A DNA stretch of 64,000 bases from Eledone cirrhosa (Eukaryota), in contig OZ024741.1 in the NCBI GenBank assembly GCA_964016885.1, positions 72,106,001 to 72,170,000 of the forward strand, in the 5' to 3' direction. Within the stretch, counting starts at the first letter, position 1. Each line of letters starts with the position of its first letter. Under the pieces are notes generated by a model. It was not told the origin of the DNA. It worked only from the letters and a program-made list of their open reading frames with translations, and searched no databases. The translations under genes and the position numbers were made by a program. Positions 11,601-25,386 of the stretch are shown in pieces.

Positions 11601-14600
11601 GTTGTAGTGTCTTGATTGAGTGGGAGAGACAGTGTTTTTATGGTGGTGGTGTAGAGTCTTGATTGACTGGGAGAGAGTGTTTTTATGGTAGTGTTGTTGT
11701 GTCTTAATTTACTGGGAGAGGCAGTGTTTTTATGGCGGTGTCGTAATTTCTTGATTGACTGGGAGAGACAGTGTTTTTATGGTGGTGCTGTAGTGTCTTG
11801 ATTGACTGGGAGAGGCAGTGTTTTTATGGTGGTGTTGTAGTTGCTTGATTGACTGGGAGAGACAGTGTTTTTATGGTGGTTTTGTAGTGTCTTGATTGAC
11901 TGGGAGAGACAGTGTTTTTATGGTGGTGTTGTTGTGTCTTGATTGACTGGGAGAGACAGTGTTTTTATTGTGGTGTAGTGTCTTGATTAACTCGAAGAGA
12001 CAGTGTTTTTATGGTGGTGTTGTAGTGTCTTGATTGACTGGGAGAGGCAGTGTTTTTATGGTGGTGTTGTAGTTGCTTGATTGACTGGGAGAGACAGTGT
12101 TTTTATGGTGGTTTTGTAGTGTCTTGATTGACTGGGAGAGACAGTGTTTTTATGGTGGTGTTGTAGTGTCTTGATTTACTGGGAGAGGCAGTGTTTTTAT
12201 GGTGGTGTTGTAGACTCTTGATTGACTGGGAGAGAGTGTTTTTATGGTGGTATTGTAGTGTCTTGATTGACTGGGAGAGAGAATGTTTTTATGGTGGTGT
12301 TGTAGTGTCTTAATTGAATGGGAGAGTGTGTTTTTATGGTGGTTTTGTAGTGCCTTGATTGACTGGGAGAGAGTGTTTTTATGGTGGTGTTGGAGTATCT
12401 TGATTGACTGGGAGAGAGAGTGTTTTTATGGTGGTGTTGTTGTGTCTTGATTGACTGGGAGAGACAGTGTTTTTATGGTGGTGTTGTTGTGTCTTGATTG
12501 ACTCGAAGAGACAGTGTTTTTATGGTGGTGTTGTAGTGTCCTGATTTACTGGGAGAGGCAGTGTTTTTATGGCGGTGTTGTAGTTTCTTGATTGACTGGG
12601 AGAGACAGTGTTTTTATGGTAGTGTTGTAGTGTCTTGATTGACTGGGAGAGGCAGTGTTTTTATGGTGGTGTTGTAGTTGCTTGATTGACTGGGAGAGAC
12701 AGTGTTTTTATGGTGGTGTTGTAGTGTCTTGATTGACTGGGAGAGACACTGTTTTTATGGTGGTGTTGTAGTTTCTTGATTGACTGGGAGAGACAGTGTT
12801 TTTATGGTGGTGTTGTTGTGTCTTGATTGACTGGGAGAGACAGTGTTTTTATGGTGGTGTTGTAGTGTCTTGATTGACTGGGAGAGGCAGCGTTTTTATG
12901 GTGGTGTTGTAGTGTCTTGATTGACTGGGAGAGACAGTGTTTTTATGGTGGTGTTGTAGTTGCTTGATTGACTGGGAGAGACAGTGTTTTTATTATGGTG
13001 GTGTTGTAGTGTCTTGATTGACTGGGAGAGACACTGTTTTTATGGTGGTGTTGTAGTTTCTTGATTGACTGGGAGAGAGTGTTTTTATGGTGGTGATGTA
13101 GTGTCTTGATTGACTGGGAAGGCAGTGTTTTTATGGTGGTGTGGTAGTGACTTGATTGACTGGGAAGGCAGTGTTTTTATGGTGGTGTGGTAGTGACTTG
13201 ATTGACTGGGAGAGACAGTGTTTTTATGGTGGTGTTGTTGTGTCTTGATTGACTGGTAGAGACAGTGTTTTTATTGTGGTGTTGTAGTGTCTTGATTGAC
13301 TCGAAGAGACAGTGTTTTTATGGTGGTGTCGTTGTGTCTTAATTTACTGGGAGAGGCAGTGTTTTTATGGCGGTGTCGTAATTTCTTGATTGACTGGGAG
13401 AGACAGTGTTTTTATGGTGGTGCTGTAGTGTCTTGATTGACTGGGAGAGGCAGTGTTTTTATGGTGGTGTTGTAGTTGCTTGATTGACTGGGAGAGACAG
13501 TGTTTTTATGGTGGTGTTGTAGTGTCTTGATTGACTGGGAGAGACAGTGTTTTTATGGTTGTGTTGTAGTGACTTGATTGACTGGGAGAGACAGTGTTTT
13601 TATGGTGGTTTTGTAGTGTCTTGAATGACTGGGAGAGACAGTGTTTTTATGGTGGTGTTGTTGTGTCTTGATTGACTGGGAGAGACAGTGTTTTTATTGT
13701 GGTGTTGTAGTGTCTTGATTAACTCGAAGAGACAGTGTTTTTATGGTGGTGTTGTAGTGTCTTGATTTACTGGGAGAGGCAGTGTTTTTATGGCGGTGTT
13801 GTAGTTTCTTGATTGACCGGGAGAGACAGTGTTTTTATGGTGGTGTTGTAGACTCTTGATTGACTGGGAGAGAGTGTTTTTATGGTGGTATTGTAGTGTC
13901 TTGATTGACTGGGAGAGAGAATGTTTTTATGGTGGTGTTGTAGTGTCTTAATTGAATGGGAGAGTGTGTTTTTACGGTGGTTTTGTAGTGTCTTGATTGA
14001 CTGGGAGAGAGTGTTTTTATGGTGGTGTTGGAGTATCTTGATTGACTGGGAGAGACAGTGTTTTTATGGTGGTGTTGTTGTGTCTTGATTGACTGGGAGA
14101 GATAGTGTTTTTATGGTGGTGTTGTTGTGTCTTGATTGACTGGTAGAGACAGTTTTTTTATTGTGGTGTTGTAGTGTCTTGATTGACTCGAAGAGACAGT
14201 GTTTTTATGGTGGTGTTGTAGTGTCTTGATTTACTGGGAGAGGCAGTGTTTTTATGGCGGTGTTGTAGTGTCTTGATTGACTGGGAGAGACAGTGTTTTT
14301 ATGGGGTGTTGTCGTGTCTTGATTGACTGGGAGAGACAGTGTTTTTATTGTGGTGTTGTAGTGTCTTGATTAACTCGAAGAGACAGTGTTTTTATGGTGG
14401 TGTTGTAGTGTCTTGATTTACTGGGAGAGGCAGTGTTTTTATGGCGGTGTTGTAGTTTCTTGATTGACTGGGAGAGACAGTGTTTTTATGGTGGTGTTGT
14501 AGAATCTTGATTGACTGGGAGAGAGTGTTTTTATGGTGGTATTGTAGTGTCTTGATTGACTGGGAGAGAGAATGTTTTCATGGTGGTGTTGTAGTGTCTT

Positions 14601-14809
14601 AATTGAATGGGAGAGTGTGTTTTTATGGTGCTGTTGTAGTGTCTTGATTGACTGGGAGAGACAGTGTTTTTATGGTGGTGGTGTAGAGTCTTGATTGACT
14701 GGGAGAAAGTGTTTTTATGGTGGTGTTGTAGAGTATTGATTGACTGGGACAGACAGTGTTTTTATGGTGGTGTTGTAGTGTCTTGATTGACTGGGAGAGA
14801 CAGTGTTTT

Positions 14810-17800
14810 TATGGTGGTGGTGTTGAGTCTTGAATGACTGGGAGAGACAGTGTTTTTATGGTGGTGTTGTAGTGTCTTGATTGACTCGAAGAGACAGTGT
14901 TTTTATGGTGGTGTTGTAGTGTCTTGATTTACTGGGAGAGGCAGTGTTTTTATGGCGGTGTTGTAGTTTCTTGATTGACTGGGAGAGACAGTGTTTTTAT
15001 GGTGGTGTTGTAGACTCTTGATTGACGGGGAGAGAGTGTTTTTATGGTGGTATTGTAGTGTCTTGATTGACTGGGAGAGAGAGTGTTTTTATGGCGGTGT
15101 TGTAGTGTCTTAATTGAATGGGAGAGTGTGTTTTTATGGTGGTATTGTAGTGTCTTGATTGACTGGGAGAGACACTGTTTTTATGGTGGTGTTGTAATGT
15201 CTTAATTGAATGGGAGAGTGTGTTTTTATGGTGGTTTTGTAGTGTCTTGATTGACTGGGAGAGAGTGTTTTTATGGTGGTGTTGGAGTGTCTTGATTGAC
15301 TCGGAGAGAGAGTTTTTGCATGGTGCTGTTGTATTGACTTGATTGACTGGGAGAGACAGTGTTTTTATGGTGGTGTTGTAGTGTCTTGATTGACTGGGAG
15401 AGACACTGTTTTTATGGTGGTGTTGTTGTGTCTTGATTGACTCGAAGAGACAGTGTTTTTTGGTGGTGTTGTAGTGTCCTGATTTTCTGGGAGAGGCAGT
15501 GTTTTTATGGCGGTGTTGTAGCGTCTTGATTGACTGGGAGAGGCAGTGTTTTTATGGTGGTGTTGTAGTTGCTTGAATGACTGGGAGAGACAGTGTTTTT
15601 ATGGTGGTGTTGTAGTGTCTTGATTGACTGGGAGAGACACTGTTTTTATGGTGGTGTTGTAGTTTCTTGATTGACTGGCAGAGACAGTGTTTTTATGGTG
15701 GTGTTGTAGTTTCTTGATTGACTGGGAGAGAGTGTTTTTATGGTGGTGTTGTAGTGTCTTGATTGACTGGGAGAGACAGTGTTTTTATGGTGGTGTTGTA
15801 GTGACGTGATTGACTGGGAGAGACAGTGTTTTTATGGTGGTGTTGTTGTGTCTTGATTGACTGGTAGAGACAGTGTTTTTATTGTGGTGTTGTAGTGTCT
15901 TGATTGACTGGGAGAGAGTGTTTTTATGATGGTGTTGTAGAGTATTGATTGACTGGGAGAGACAGTGTTTTTATGGTGGTGTTGTAGTGTCTTGATTGAC
16001 TGGGAGAGGCAGTGTTTTTATGGTGGTGTTGTAGTTGCTTGATTGACTGGGAGAGACAGTGTTTTTATTATGGTGGTGATGTAGTGTCTTGATTGACTGG
16101 GAAGGCAGTGTTTTTATGGTGGTGTGGTAGTGACTTGATTGACTGGGAGAGACACTGCTTTTATGGTGGTGTTGTTGTGTCTTGATTGACTGGGAGAGAC
16201 AGTGTTTTTATGGTGGTGTTGTTTTGTCTTGATTGACTGGTAGAGACAGTGTTTTTATTGTGGTGTTGTAGTGTCTTGATTGAGTGGGAGAGACAGTGTT
16301 TTTATGGTGGTGGTGTAGAGTCTTGATTGACTGGGAGAGAGTGTTTTTATGGTGGTGTTGTTGTATCTTAATTTACTGGGAGAGGCAGTGTTTTTATGGC
16401 GGTGTCGTAATTTCTTGATTGACTGGGAGAGACAGTGTTTTTATGGTGGTGCTGTAGTGTCTTGATTGACTGGGAGAGGCAGTGTTTTTATGGTGGTGTT
16501 GTAGTTGCTTGATTGACTGGGAGAGACAGTGTTTTTATGGTGGTGTTGTAGTGTCTTGATTGACTGGGAGAGACAGTGTTTTTATGGTTGTGTTGTAGTG
16601 ACTTGATTGACTGGGAGAGACAGTGTTTTTATGGTGGTTTTGTAGTGTCTTGATTGACTGGGAGAGACAGTGTTTTTATGGTGGTGTTGTTGTGTCTTGA
16701 TTGACTGGGAGAGACAGTGTTTTTATTGTGGTGTTGTAGTGTCTTGATTGACTGGGAGAGACACTGTTTTTATGGTGGTGTTGTTGTGTCTTGATTGACT
16801 CGAAGAGACAGTGTTTTTATGGTGGTGTTGTAGTGTCCTGATTTACTGGGAGAGGCAGTGTTTTTATGGCAGTGTTGTAGTGTCTTGATTGACTGGGAGA
16901 GGCAGTGTTTTTATGGTGGTGTTGTAGTTGCTTGAATGACTGGGAGAGACAGTGTTTTTATGGTGGTGTTGTAGTGTCTTGATTGACTGGGAGAGACAGT
17001 GTTTTTATGGTGGTGTTGTAGTTTCTTGATTGACTGGGAGAGACAGTGTTTCTATGGTGGTGGTGTTGAGTCTTGAATGACTGGGAGAGACAGTGTTTTT
17101 ATGGTGGTGTTGTAGTGTCTTGATTGACTCGAAGAGACAGTGTTTTTATGGTGGTGTTGTAGTGTCTTGATTTACTGGGAGAGGCAGTGTTTTTATGGCG
17201 GTGTTGTAGTTTCTTGATTGACTGGGAGAGACAGTGTTTTTATGGTGGTGTTGTAGACTCTTGATTGACGGGGAGAGAGTGTTTTTATGGTGGTATTGTA
17301 GTGTCTTGATTGACTGGGAGAGAGAGTGTTTTTATGGCGGTGTTGTAGTGTCTTAATTGAATGGGAGAGTGTGTTTTTATGGTGGTATTGTAGTGTCTTG
17401 ATTGACTGGGAGAGACACTGTTTTTATGGTGGTGTTGTAATGTCTTAATTGAATGGGAGAGTGTGTTTTTATGGTGGTTTTGTAGTGTCTTGATTGACTG
17501 GGAGAGAGTGTTTTTATGGTGGTGTTGGAGTGTCTTGATTGACTCGGAGAGAGAGTTTTTGTATGGTGCTGTTGTATTGACTTGATTGACTGGGAGAGAC
17601 AGTGTTTTTATGGTGGTGTTGTAGTGTCTTGATTGACTGGGAGAGACACTGTTTTTATGGTGGTGTTGTTGTGTCTTGATTGACTCGAAGAGACAGTGTT
17701 TTTATGGTGGTGTTGTAGTGTCCTGATTTTCTGGGAGAGGCAGTGTTTTTATGGCGGTGTTGTAGCGTCTTGATTGACTGGGAGAGGCAGTGTTTTTATG

Positions 17801-19240
17801 GTGGTGTTGTAGTTGCTTGAATGACTGGGAGAGACAGTGTTTTTATGGTGGTGTTGTAGTGTCTTGATTGACTGGGAGAGACACTGTTTTTATGGTGGTG
17901 TTGTAGTTTCTTGATTGACTGGCAGAGACAGTGTTTTTATGGTGGTGTTGTAGTTTCTTGATTGACTGGGAGAGAGTGTTTTTATGGTGGTGTTGTAGTG
18001 TCTTGATTGACTGGGAGAGACAGTGTTTTTATGGTGGTGTTGTAGTGACGTGATTGACTGGGAGAGACAGTGTTTTTATGGTGGTGTTGTTGTGTCTTGA
18101 TTGACTGGTAGAGACAGTGTTTTTATTGTGGTGTTGTAGTGTCTTGATTGACTGGGAGAGAGTGTTTTTATGATGGTGTTGTAGAGTATTGATTGACTGG
18201 GAGAGACAGTGTTTTTATGGTGGTGTTGTAGTGTCTTGATTGACTGGGAGAGGCAGTGTTTTTATGGTGGTGTTGTAGTTGCTTGATTGACTGGGAGAGA
18301 CAGTGTTTTTATTATGGTGGTGATGTAGTGTCTTGATTGACTGGGAAGGCAGTGTTTTTATGGTGGTGTGGTAGTGACTTGATTGACTGGGAGAGACACT
18401 GCTTTTATGGTGGTGTTGTTGTGTCTTGATTGACTGGGAGAGACAGTGTTTTTATGGTGGTGTTGTTTTGTCTTGATTGACTGGTAGAGACAGTGTTTTT
18501 ATTGTGGTGTTGTAGTGTCTTGATTGAGTGGGAGAGACAGTGTTTTTATGGTGGTGGTGTAGAGTCTTGATTGACTGGGAGAGAGTGTTTTTATGGTGGT
18601 GTTGTTGTATCTTAATTTACTGGGAGAGGCAGTGTTTTTATGGCGGTGTCGTAATTTCTTGATTGACTGGGAGAGACAGTGTTTTTATGGTGGTGCTGTA
18701 GTGTCTTGATTGACTGGGAGAGGCAGTGTTTTTATGGTGGTGTTGTAGTTGCTTGATTGACTGGGAGAGACAGTGTTTTTATGGTGGTGTTGTAGTGTCT
18801 TGATTGACTGGGAGAGACAGTGTTTTTATGGTTGTGTTGTAGTGACTTGATTGACTGGGAGAGACAGTGTTTTTATGGTGGTTTTGTAGTGTCTTGATTG
18901 ACTGGGAGAGACAGTGTTTTTATGGTGGTGTTGTTGTGTCTTGATTGACTGGGAGAGACAGTGTTTTTATTGTGGTGTTGTAGTGTCTTGATTGACTGGG
19001 AGAGACACTGTTTTTATGGTGGTGTTGTTGTGTCTTGATTGACTCGAAGAGACAGTGTTTTTATGGTGGTGTTGTAGTGTCCTGATTTACTGGGAGAGGC
19101 AGTGTTTTTATGGCAGTGTTGTAGTGTCTTGATTGACTGGGAGAGGCAGTGTTTTTATGGTGGTGTTGTAGTTGCTTGAATGACTGGGAGAGACAGTGTT
19201 TTTATGGTGGTGTTGTAGTGTCTTGATTGACTGGGAGAGA
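14810..19240 (+). repeat. Tandem higher-order duplication, period about 2243-2244 bp (about 48 monomers), two copies
   Basis: GATTTTCTGG at 15481 and 17725; ACGTG at 15804 and 18048; TGTTGAGTC at 14821 and 17064. Confidence 0.88.
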
Positions 19241-20643
19241 CACTGTTTTTATGGTGGTGTTGTAGTTTCTTGATTGACTGGGAGAGACAGTGTTTTTATG
19301 GTGGTGTTGTTGTGTCTTGATTGACTGGGAGAGACAGTGTTTTTATGGTGGTGTTGTAGTGTCTTGATTGACTGGGAGGGCAGTGTTTTTATGGTGGTGT
19401 TGTAGTGTCTTGATTGACTGGGAGAGACAGTGTTTTTATGGTGGTGTTGTAGTTGCTTGATTGACTGGGAGAGACAGTGTTTTTATTATGGTGGTGTTGT
19501 AGTGTCTTGATTGACTGGGAGAGACACTGTTTTTATGGTGGTGTTGTAGTTTCTTGATTGACTGGGAGAGAGTGTTTTTTTGGTGGTGATGTAGTGTCTT
19601 GATTGACTGGGAAGGCAGTGTTTTTATGGTGGTGTGGTAGTGACTTGATTGACTGGGAAGGCAGTGTTTTTATGGTGGTGTGGTAGTGACTTGATTGACT
19701 GGGAGAGACAGTGTTTTTATGGTGGTGTTGTTGTGTCTTGATTGACTGGGAGAGACAGTGTTTTTATGGTGGTGTTGTTTTATCTTGATTGACTGGTAGA
19801 GACAGTGTTTTTATTGTGGTGTTGTAGTGTCTTGATTGACTCGAAGAGACAGTGTTTTTATGGTGGTGTCGTTGTGTCTTAATTTACTGGGAGAGGCAGT
19901 GTTTTTATGGCGGTGTAGTAATTTCTTGATTGACTGGGAGAGACAGTGTTTTTATGGTGGTGCTGTAGTGTCTTGATTGACTGGGAGAGGCAGTGTTTTT
20001 ATGGTGGTGTTGTAGTTGCTTGATTGACTGGGAGAGACAGTGTTTTTATGGTGGTGTTGTAGTGTCTTGATTGACTGGGAGAGACAGTGTTTTTATGGTT
20101 GTGTTGTAGTGACTTGATTGACTGGGAGAGACAGTGTTTTTATGGTGGTTTTGTAGTGTCTTGATTGACTGGGAGAGACAGTGTTTTTATGGTGGTGTTG
20201 TTGTGTCTTGATTGACTGGGAGAGACAGTGTTTTTATTGTGGTGTTGTAGTGTCTTGATTAACTCGAAGAGACAGTGTTTTTATGGTGGTGTTGTAGTGT
20301 CTTGATTTACTGGGAGAGGCAGTGTTTTTATGGCGGTGTTGTAGTTTCTTGATTGACCGGGAGAGACAGTGTTTTTATGGTGGTGTTGTAGACTCTTGAT
20401 TGACTGGGAGAGAGTGTTTTTATGGTGGTATTGTAGTGTCTTGATTGACTGGGAGAGAGAATGTTTTTATGGTGGTGTTGTAGTGTCTTAATTGAATGGG
20501 AGAGTGTGTTTTTATGGTGGTTTTGTAGTGTCTTGATTGACTGGGAGAGAGTGTTTTTATGGTGGTGTTGGAGTATCTTGATTGACTGGGAGAGACAGTG
20601 TTTTTATGGTGGTGTTGTTGTGTCTTGATTGACTGGGAGAGAC

Positions 20644-23600
20644 AGTGTTTTTATGGTGGTGTTGTTGTGTCTTGATTGACTGGTAGAGACAGTTTTTTTA
20701 TTGTGGTGTTGTAGTGTCTTGATTGACTCGAAGAGACAGTGTTTTTATGGTGGTGTTGTAGTGTCTTGATTTACTGGGAGAGGCAGTGTTTTTATGGCGG
20801 TGTTGTAGTGTCTTGATTGACTGGGAGAGACAGTGTTTTTATGGGGTGTTGTCGTGTCTTGATTGACTGGGAGAGACAGTGTTTTTATTGTGGTGTTGTA
20901 GTGTCTTGATTAACTCGAAGAGACAGTGTTTTTATGGTGGTGTTGTAGTGTCTTGATTTACTGGGAGAGGCAGTGTTTTTATGGCGGTGTTGTAGTTTCT
21001 TGATTGACTGGGAGAGACAGTGTTTTTATGGTGGTGTTGTAGACTCTTGATTGACTGGGAGAGAGTGTTTTTATGGTGGTATTGTAGTGTCTTGAATGAC
21101 TGGGAGAGAGAATGTTTTCATGGTGGTGTTGTAGTGTCTTAATTGAATGGGAGAGTGTGTTTTTATGGTGGTGTTGTAGTGTTTTAATTGAATGGGAGAG
21201 TGTGTTTTTATGGTGGTTTTGTAGTGTCTTGATTTACTGGGAGAGGCAGTGTTTTTATCGCGGTGTTGTAGTTTCTTGATTGACTGGGAGAGACAGTGTT
21301 TTTATGGTGGTGTTGTAGACTCTTGATTGACTGGGAGAGAGTGTTTTTATGGTGGTATTGTAGTGTCTTGATTGACTGGGAGAGAGAATATTTTTATGGT
21401 GGTGTTGTAGTGTCTTAATTGAATGGGAGAGTGTGTTTTTATGGTGCTGTTGTAGTGTCTTGATTGACTGGGAGAGACAGTGTTTTTATGGTGGTGGTGT
21501 AGAGTCTTGATTGACTGGGAGAAAGTGTTTTTATGGTGGTGTTGTAGAGTATTGATTGACTGGGAGAGACAGTGTTTTTATGGTGGTGTTGTAGTGTCTT
21601 GATTGACTGGGAGAGACAGTGTTTTTATGGTGGTGTTGTAGTGTCTTGATTGACTCGAAGAGACAGTGTTTTTATGGTGGTGTTGTAGTGTCTTGATTTA
21701 CTGGGAGAGGCAGTGTTTTTATGGCGGTGTTGTAGTTTCTTGATTGACTGGGAGAGACAGTGTTTTTATGGTGGTGTTGTAGACTCTTGATTGACGGGGA
21801 GAGAGTGTTTTTATGGTGGTATTGTAGTGTCTTGATTGACTGGGAGAGAGAGTGTTTTTATGGCGGTGTTGTAGTGTCTTAATTGAATGGGAGAGTGTGT
21901 TTTTATGGTGGTATTGTAGTGTCTTAATTGAATGGGAGAGTGTGTTTTTATGGTGGTTTTGTAGTGTCTTGATTGACTGGGAGAGAGTGTTTTTATGGTG
22001 GTGTTGGAGTGTCTTGATTGACTCGGAGAGAGAGTTTTTGTATGGTGGTGTTGTATTGACTTGATTGACTGGGAGAGACAGTGTTTTTATGGTGCTGTTG
22101 TAGTGTCTTGATTGACTGGGAGAGACACTGTTTTTATGGTGGTGTTGTTGTGTCTTGATTGACTCGAAGAGACAGTGTTTTTATGGTGGTGTTGTGTCCT
22201 GATTTACTGGGAGAGGCAGTGTTTTTATGGTGGTGTTGTTGTGTCTTGATTGACTGGTAGAGACAGTTTTTTTATTGTGGTGTTGTAGTGTCTTGATTGA
22301 CTCGAAGAGACAGTGTTTTTATGGTGGTGTTGTAGTGTCTTGATTTACTGGGAGAGGCAGTGTTTTTATGGCGGTGTTGTAGTGTCTTGATTGACTGGGA
22401 GAGACAGTGTTTTTATGGGGTGTTGTCGTGTCTTGATTGACTGGGAGAGACAGTGTTTTTATTGTGGTGTTGTAGTGTCTTGATTAACTCGAAGAGACAG
22501 TGTTTTTATGGTGGTGTTGTAGTGTCTTGATTTACTGGGAGAGGCAGTGTTTTTATGGCGGTGTTGTAGTTTCTTGATTGACTGGGAGAGACAGTGTTTT
22601 TATGGTGGTGTTGTAGACTCTTGATTGACTGGGAGAGAGTGTTTTTATGGTGGTATTGTAGTGTCTTGAATGACTGGGAGAGAGAATGTTTTCATGGTGG
22701 TGTTGTAGTGTCTTAATTGAATGGGAGAGTGTGTTTTTATGGTGGTGTTGTAGTGTTTTAATTGAATGGGAGAGTGTGTTTTTATGGTGGTTTTGTAGTG
22801 TCTTGATTTACTGGGAGAGGCAGTGTTTTTATCGCGGTGTTGTAGTTTCTTGATTGACTGGGAGAGACAGTGTTTTTATGGTGGTGTTGTAGACTCTTGA
22901 TTGACTGGGAGAGAGTGTTTTTATGGTGGTATTGTAGTGTCTTGATTGACTGGGAGAGAGAATATTTTTATGGTGGTGTTGTAGTGTCTTAATTGAATGG
23001 GAGAGTGTGTTTTTATGGTGCTGTTGTAGTGTCTTGATTGACTGGGAGAGACAGTGTTTTTATGGTGGTGGTGTAGAGTCTTGATTGACTGGGAGAAAGT
23101 GTTTTTATGGTGGTGTTGTAGAGTATTGATTGACTGGGAGAGACAGTGTTTTTATGGTGGTGTTGTAGTGTCTTGATTGACTGGGAGAGACAGTGTTTTT
23201 ATGGTGGTGTTGTAGTGTCTTGATTGACTCGAAGAGACAGTGTTTTTATGGTGGTGTTGTAGTGTCTTGATTTACTGGGAGAGGCAGTGTTTTTATGGCG
23301 GTGTTGTAGTTTCTTGATTGACTGGGAGAGACAGTGTTTTTATGGTGGTGTTGTAGACTCTTGATTGACGGGGAGAGAGTGTTTTTATGGTGGTATTGTA
23401 GTGTCTTGATTGACTGGGAGAGAGAGTGTTTTTATGGCGGTGTTGTAGTGTCTTAATTGAATGGGAGAGTGTGTTTTTATGGTGGTATTGTAGTGTCTTA
23501 ATTGAATGGGAGAGTGTGTTTTTATGGTGGTTTTGTAGTGTCTTGATTGACTGGGAGAGAGTGTTTTTATGGTGGTGTTGGAGTGTCTTGATTGACTCGG

Positions 23601-23790
23601 AGAGAGAGTTTTTGTATGGTGGTGTTGTATTGACTTGATTGACTGGGAGAGACAGTGTTTTTATGGTGCTGTTGTAGTGTCTTGATTGACTGGGAGAGAC
23701 ACTGTTTTTATGGTGGTGTTGTTGTGTCTTGATTGACTCGAAGAGACAGTGTTTTTATGGTGGTGTTGTAGTGTCCTGATTTACTGGGAG
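20644..23790 (+). repeat. Tandem higher-order duplication, period 1574 bp (about 34 monomers), two copies
   Basis: AGTTTTTTTATT at 20691 and 22265; identical ORF-track hits at 21852 and 23426. Confidence 0.9.
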
Positions 23791-25386
23791 AGGCAGTGTT
23801 TTTATGGCGGTGTTGTAGTGTCTTGATTGACTGGGAGAGGCAGTGTTTTTATGGTGGTGTTGTAGTTGCTTGAATGACTGGGAGAGACAGTGTTTTTATG
23901 GTGGTGTTGTAGTGTCTTGATTGACTGGGAGAGACACTGTTTTTATGGTGGTGTTGTAGTTTCTTGATTGACTGGCAGAGACAGTGTTTTTATGGTGGTG
24001 TTGTAGTTTCTTGATTGACTGGGAGAGAGTGTTTTTATGGTGGTGTTGTAGTGTCTTGATTGACTGGGAGAGACAGTGTTTTTATGGTGGTGTTGTAGTG
24101 ACTTGATTGACTGGGAGAGACAGTGTTTTTATGGTGGTGTTGTTGTGTCTTGATTGACTGGTAGAGACAGTGTTTTTATTGTGGTGTTGTAGTGTCTTGA
24201 TTGACTGGGAGAGAGTGTTTTTATGATGGTGTTGTAGAGTATTGATTGACTGGGAGAGACAGTGTTTTTATGGTGGTGTTGTAGTGTCTTGATTGACTGG
24301 GAGAGGCAGTGTTTTTATGGTGGTGTTGTAGTTGCTTGATTGACTGGGAGAGACAGTGTTTTTATTATGGTGGTGATGTAGTGTCTTGATTGACTGGGAA
24401 GGCAGTGTTTTTATGGTGGTGTGGTAGTGACTTGATTGACTGGGAGAGACACTGCTTTTATGGTGCTGTTGTTGTGTCTTGATTGACTGGGAGAGACCGT
24501 GTTTTTATGGTGGTGTTGTAGTGTCTTGATTGAGTGGGAGAGACAGTGTTTTTATGGTGGTGGTGTAGAGTCTTGATTGACTGGGAGAGAGTGTTTTTAT
24601 GGTGGTGTTGTTGTATCTTAATTTACTGGGAGAGGCAGTGTTTTTATGGCGGTGTCGTAATTTCTTGATTGACTGGGAGAGACAGTGTTTTTATGGTGGT
24701 GCTGTAGTGTCTTGATTGACTGGGAGAGGCAGTGTTTTTATGGTGGTGTTGTAGTTGCTTGATTGACTGGGAGAGACAGTGTTTTTATGGTGGTGTTGTA
24801 GTGTCTTGATTGACTGGGAGAGACAGTGTTTTTATGGTTGTGTTGTAGTGACTTGATTGACTGGGAGAGACAGTGTTTTTATGGTGGTTTTGTAGTGTCT
24901 TGATTGACTGGGAAAGACAGTGTTTTTATGGTGGTGTTGTTGTGTCTTGATTGACTGGGAGAGACAGTGTTTTTATTGTGGTGTTGTAGTGTCTTGATTG
25001 ACTGGGAGAGACACTGTTTTTATGGTGGTGTTGTTGTGTCTTGATTGACTCGAAGAGACAGTGTTTTTATGGTGGTGTTGTAGTGTCCTGATTTACTGGG
25101 AGAGGCAGTGTTTTTATGGCGGTGTTGTAGTGTCTTGATTGACTGGGAGAGGCAGTGTTTTTATGGTGGTGTTGTAGTTACTTGAATGACTGGGAGAGAC
25201 AGTGTTTTTATGGTGGTGTTGTAGTGTCTTGATTGACTGGGAGAGACAGTGTTTTTATGGTGGTGTTGTAGTTTCTTGATTGACTGGGAGAGAGTGTTTT
25301 TATGGTGGTGTTGTAGTGTCTTGATTGCCTGGGAGAGACAGTGTTTTTATGGTGGTGTTGTAGTGACTTGATTGACTGGGAGAGAC

